64,000 nucleotides of DNA from Candidatus Bathyarchaeota archaeon (lineage in GTDB: Archaea; Thermoproteota; Bathyarchaeia; Bathyarchaeales; Bathycorpusculaceae). Below, in pieces: positions 60,226 through 64,000 of this stretch. The stretch is from contig CAWGZR010000005.1 in NCBI GenBank assembly GCA_963827165.1, forward strand, positions 224,001 through 288,000, in the 5' to 3' direction. Both the position numbers and the translations under genes were made by a program. The notes under the pieces were generated by a model. It did no database searches. It had not been told where the DNA came from and saw only the letters and a program-made list of their open reading frames with translations. Every line of letters begins with the position of its first letter. Position 1 is the stretch's first letter.

Positions 60226-61504
60226 GTGGGTAATGTGTCTGATGCTAAGGAAGAGATTTACTCAACTATGTTCAGTTCACTTAAGCATCCTGCGCGTCGA
60301 AAAATCCTTCGGGTACTTTCTGAGAAGCCGCTGACTTTTTCGGAAATGCTTAATTTGCTGGGAGTCTCCAGCTCCAATCTGACTTATCACCTTGAGAGTC
60401 TAGGCGAGCTTGTGACGCAGGAGAACGGCATCTACAAGTTATCGACTTTCGGTTCAGCTGCTGTTGGCACGATGAAAGTCGTTGAGGAAGCCCCTGAAGT
60501 TCAGCCAAAAAAACGCGCTTCTTCTTTTAAATGGAAAAACAGCTCTCGCAGTCTCCCTTATCGCCTTGATTTTGGCGGCGAGCCTGGCAACTTGGGAGAT
60601 TAACGCCGTCAATCAAGCAAATAACAAACAGAATGAAATACAATCAAAGTACAATCAGTTGCTATCTTGGACCTCTTCCACAACCGCTGCGATCAATTTT
60701 CTGCAGCAGGTACCGCAAATCGAAACTTCACATTACCAAGCTACTCTTGAAAGCAACACGGTTGATCAGCCGTCGGACCTAGGCGGGATTTTGGAACAGA
60801 CGATGATGTACTCGCTTAGCAGCAGCGACAGCAAAATGGATGTTTACTTCCGTTTCCGAAGCGGCGAGTTGTCATGGTACCAAATAGTCATGCTTAACGG
60901 CTCACCCATTTACTCGCAAACTCAGCCCTATAACGCGTTGGACGCAGCTAAGGGTTTGCTTGGCAGGCTTGCGACCTATGAGAATGCCTCTTATCTTGAA
61001 AACATGAGTGACACGTTGTCATTGGTTAGCGGAGCTATGCAGAACATGCAAGTAACTGAAGGCAATGTCAAACTCAACGTTACGATGTCGGGAGGTACCA
61101 CGCAGATTGTAATGCTCTATACGGTGAACGGCGTGGATTTTTCTCCTAAATGCGTTAGTTTAACTTTTTCTGGCAGCGACTTGACAGATTTGATTGATGA
61201 TTGGTATCTTTTCTCAGTGGGAAGCACCACGGTTAATGTTTCTGGCAGCCAAGCAGTTCAGTTGGCGTTGGATGCCGTGAAAAGTTACAGTTGGACGGCG
61301 AACGGTACCACTATCTCCGACTTTACGATTCTCTCTCAGCCTGTTTCGGTTGTTTTCCACCCGAACACCAAGAACGGGTTGGTCCTCTACCCGCAGTGGA
61401 CTGTAACGCTTTACCTCGACAAGGTTTACCCGGGAGGGGTTGGCAGCTTAACCGTTGAAGTGTGGGCAGACACAGGAAAAGTGGCGCAGATACAAAACAG
61501 CTAA
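60226..61504 (+). pseudogene. ArsR-type wHTH + TM + extracellular domain protein split by one frameshift
   Basis: LKHPARRKIL..LTYHL in 60226 frame; TM and outer domain in 60482 frame; removing one A from TGGAAAAAC (about 60532-60540) joins them. Confidence 0.7.
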
Positions 61505-61609
61505 CGTACAATGCGACCAAAGGATTTCCCCTCACAGCATAGTGATGGCGGAGAAAAATGGCAAATTAGGTAAATGTGTTATGATACTTGTTGATTAGGA
61601 CGAAGTGCA

Positions 61610-63131
61610 ATGACGGACATAGTGTTCACTTTTGAGGTTCACCAGCCTCATAGGCTCAAACGTAAGCTATTTTGGGAAGGCAAAGTCTTTAGCCGCATTG
61701 CTAAAAAAGAGCTGTTCAATTATTACTTTGACAATGAAAGCGACCGCGAAATTTTCGATCGAGCCGCGCGCAAATGCTATTTCCCCTCGAACCAGATCCT
61801 TTTAGACTCAATAGACAAACACAAACACGAGTCCAAACAAGTTAAGGTGGCCTTCAGCATCTCAGGAGTCTTCCTTGAACAATGCGAAATGTTCGACCCC
61901 GACCTACTCAACCTTTAAGCAACTTGCCGAAACCAAACCTATTATCACTCAATCGCCAGCCTCTACCCCGACAAAGAAGAATTCATTGAACAGGCAAAGA
62001 TGCATAAACAAACTGTAAAATCCTGCTCGGCTACACACCCAACGTTTTCGAAAACACCGAATTGCTATACAACAACGCAATCGCAAAAACGGTTGAATCA
62101 TTGGGGTACAAGGGCATTTTCACCGAAGGCGTCGAAAAGATTCTGGGTGAAAAATCCCCCAACTACATTTACAGTTCGAAAGGTACAAAAAAAATCCGGG
62201 TCCTTCTCAGAAACTACAAGCTCACCGATGACATCGGCTTTCGTTTTTCAGCAAGATGGTGGCCAGAGTGGCCTTTAACAGCCGATAAATACGCAGGCTG
62301 GTTAGCCAGCGCTCCCGGTCAATGCATCAACATTTTTCCTGACTACGAAACCTTCGGCGAACACCATTGGCCAGAAACCGGCATTCACAGCTTCCTACAG
62401 CATCTCCCCGACGAAATCCTAAAGTTTGATCGCTTGCATATGGCTACCCCTTCAGAAGTCATCGCCAAGGACAATCCCGTAGGTGAAATTGATGTTCCAG
62501 AAGCTCAAGGCACAGTTTCATGGGCGGATTTGCAGAGGGATCAAACAGGATGGTTGGGCAACGTGATGCAATGGGCGTACTACTCAGGTCTGCGTCGACT
62601 GGAACCGCTCATTTTGGAAGCTGAGGACCCTGAGTGGCTCAGGTTGTGGCGTGACTTCCAAACAAGCGATCACCTTTACTATATGTTTACTGCCGGTGGC
62701 GGACCAGGCGAATTGCACTCGTACTTTAGCCCTTATGAATCGCCAGCGGATGCTTTTGCAGTTGCACAAACGTTGCTAAACGATTTTGAAGCAAGGCTCA
62801 GACTGTACATTTCAGCGGCGAACGAGCCGTTTCTCTTCTACACCGGCATAGGAAAAGAATATTACATTGGCAAAATGGCTTGGGCCTCAAAGGATTCATC
62901 AAAGCAATCAGAGAAATCGACCCCAAAGCCATCGAGTTTCACACTGAAAATGGAGATTTCGAGAGTTGGATTCAAAACTCCCTCAAAGACCAAAAGTTAG
63001 CGGAGCAGTTCAAAAAGCTAAGGGATTCAAACGACAAAGGTGAAAAACTGAGAGAAACCATAATGAATTTCTCGACAAAACGTTATGCAACGTTGAACAA
63101 GCAAACGCAGGATGCCACCAAGCTATTCTGA
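61610..63131 (+). pseudogene. GH57 alpha-amylase with C-terminal DUF5752, fragmented
   Basis: EVHQP, YYHS, NTELLY, DYETFGEH, SWAD, TSDH.YYM across frames; DUF5752 FH...GDFESWI in last fragment. Confidence 0.85.
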
Positions 63132-63188
63132 GAAACGCGTTTATAAGGCATGTCGCGCTAATAATTAATTCGGTTTGGTGGATTATCT

Positions 63189-63440
63189 ATGAGAGACGAG
63201 CTTCCCTTTCCAGACAAAGTCTTGCAAACACTGCATAACTTATGCGCTACAGCTGCCGATTTGGCGAGAAGAGGAGAAGAAGTTGCGAGGCTCATGCAAA
63301 AAGACCCGGTAGAAATCGAAAATATCCTTGATCAATACAAGTCTGAAGGTTTTGCTGAAAGCTTCTTTGATAATGAAGGAAAGAAAAGGTACTATCTCAC
63401 TGGAAGAGGAATAATCAAAGTGTGCTCGCTTTTCACGTAG
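63189..63440 (+). CDS. Small winged-helix protein
   Basis: EVARLM..IENIL....SEGF.....RYYLTGRG. Confidence 0.7.
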   Translation: MRDELPFPDKVLQTLHNLCATAADLARRGEEVARLMQKDPVEIENILDQYKSEGFAESFFDNEGKKRYYLTGRGIIKVCSLFT

Positions 63441-63447
63441 TGAAAAC

Positions 63448-64000
63448 ATGCGTGTGATCATTTTTTCTTGGGAGTATCCTCCGAGGGTTATAGGTAAACT
63501 CGCAGATTACGTGAAGGCATTAACAAACGTGCTATCCAGCAACAATGTCGAAGTAAACGTCATAACCTACGACGATTCCGCAACAGGCTCAACTAAAGAA
63601 TCAAGTGGAGTGCAGACGATCCGAGTGTCAAACCCTGTTCGAACACACATTGGAGTTTTGACCTGGTTTTTAACGCTTAACCAAGAAGTCGAAAGAGCCG
63701 CCGCCAACGTTTATTATCAAACTAAAAAACAAATTGATTTAATTGACGTTTTTGATTGGCATTTTATTCCAGCGGCAGTTACCTTGAAAAACGGGTTAGG
63801 GATTCCGTTTGTTTATTCCGTTGAGAGTTTAGAGGATCATCGGTCCCAAGGATTAAGCACGTCTTATAACATGGCGATCAAAAGTATTGAGTGGCTGGGC
63901 TTTTATGAGGCACAAAAAGTCAGTGTCAAATCAGAATGGATGCGTGACGAAATCGTAAGAATTTACAAGGTTCCTATAGAAAAAATATCTGTGATTTCAA
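63448..64000 (+). CDS. GT4 glycosyltransferase N-terminal domain; truncated by window end
   Basis: MRVIIFSWEYPPRVIGKLA..., DWHF, SLEDHRS; open to 64000. Confidence 0.85.
   Translation, partial: MRVIIFSWEYPPRVIGKLADYVKALTNVLSSNNVEVNVITYDDSATGSTKESSGVQTIRVSNPVRTHIGVLTWFLTLNQEVERAAANVYYQTKKQIDLIDVFDWHFIPAAVTLKNGLGIPFVYSVESLEDHRSQGLSTSYNMAIKSIEWLGFYEAQKVSVKSEWMRDEIVRIYKVPIEKISVIS

Noticed and set aside
111-63461. Many short ORFs antisense to or overlapping well-supported genes
   Set aside because: Shadow frames of real genes with no independent motifs

Overview
Archaeal chromosomal window, TACK lineage and most likely Bathyarchaeia (KEOPS genes, uS15, proteasome beta, TFE-beta/RPC34-like factor, frequent TTG starts). 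1-20 kb is housekeeping: cdc48, GGR, pth2, truD, NAD synthesis, rlmE, kae1-bud32-rdgB-uS15-DHH-pcc1 and a ribophorin-I-like membrane protein. 20-41.5 kb is a dense oxygen/redox/desiccation stress region: PDO, OsmC, FprA, rubrerythrin, SOD, Zn-ferredoxin, disulfide reductase-Grx-FTR, Nth, Prx, HtrA, a ferritin-like protein and a tandemly duplicated array of KGG/Em-like hydrophilin genes with a shared promoter motif. It also holds several decayed genes (copA, a polB2 stub, a methyltransferase). 41.6-51.7 kb is a cell-surface block (B12 radical SAM, beta-propeller/GT-C fusion, 1226-aa Ig-repeat protein) ending at tRNA-Arg(CCG). 52-64 kb covers alpha-glucan/glycolysis (two GT4, GH57, two DUF5752 fusions, class I GAPDH, PGK) plus hypA-mrp. 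No CRISPR array, rRNA, integrase or transposase was seen. All family calls come from motif recognition by eye, with no database searches.
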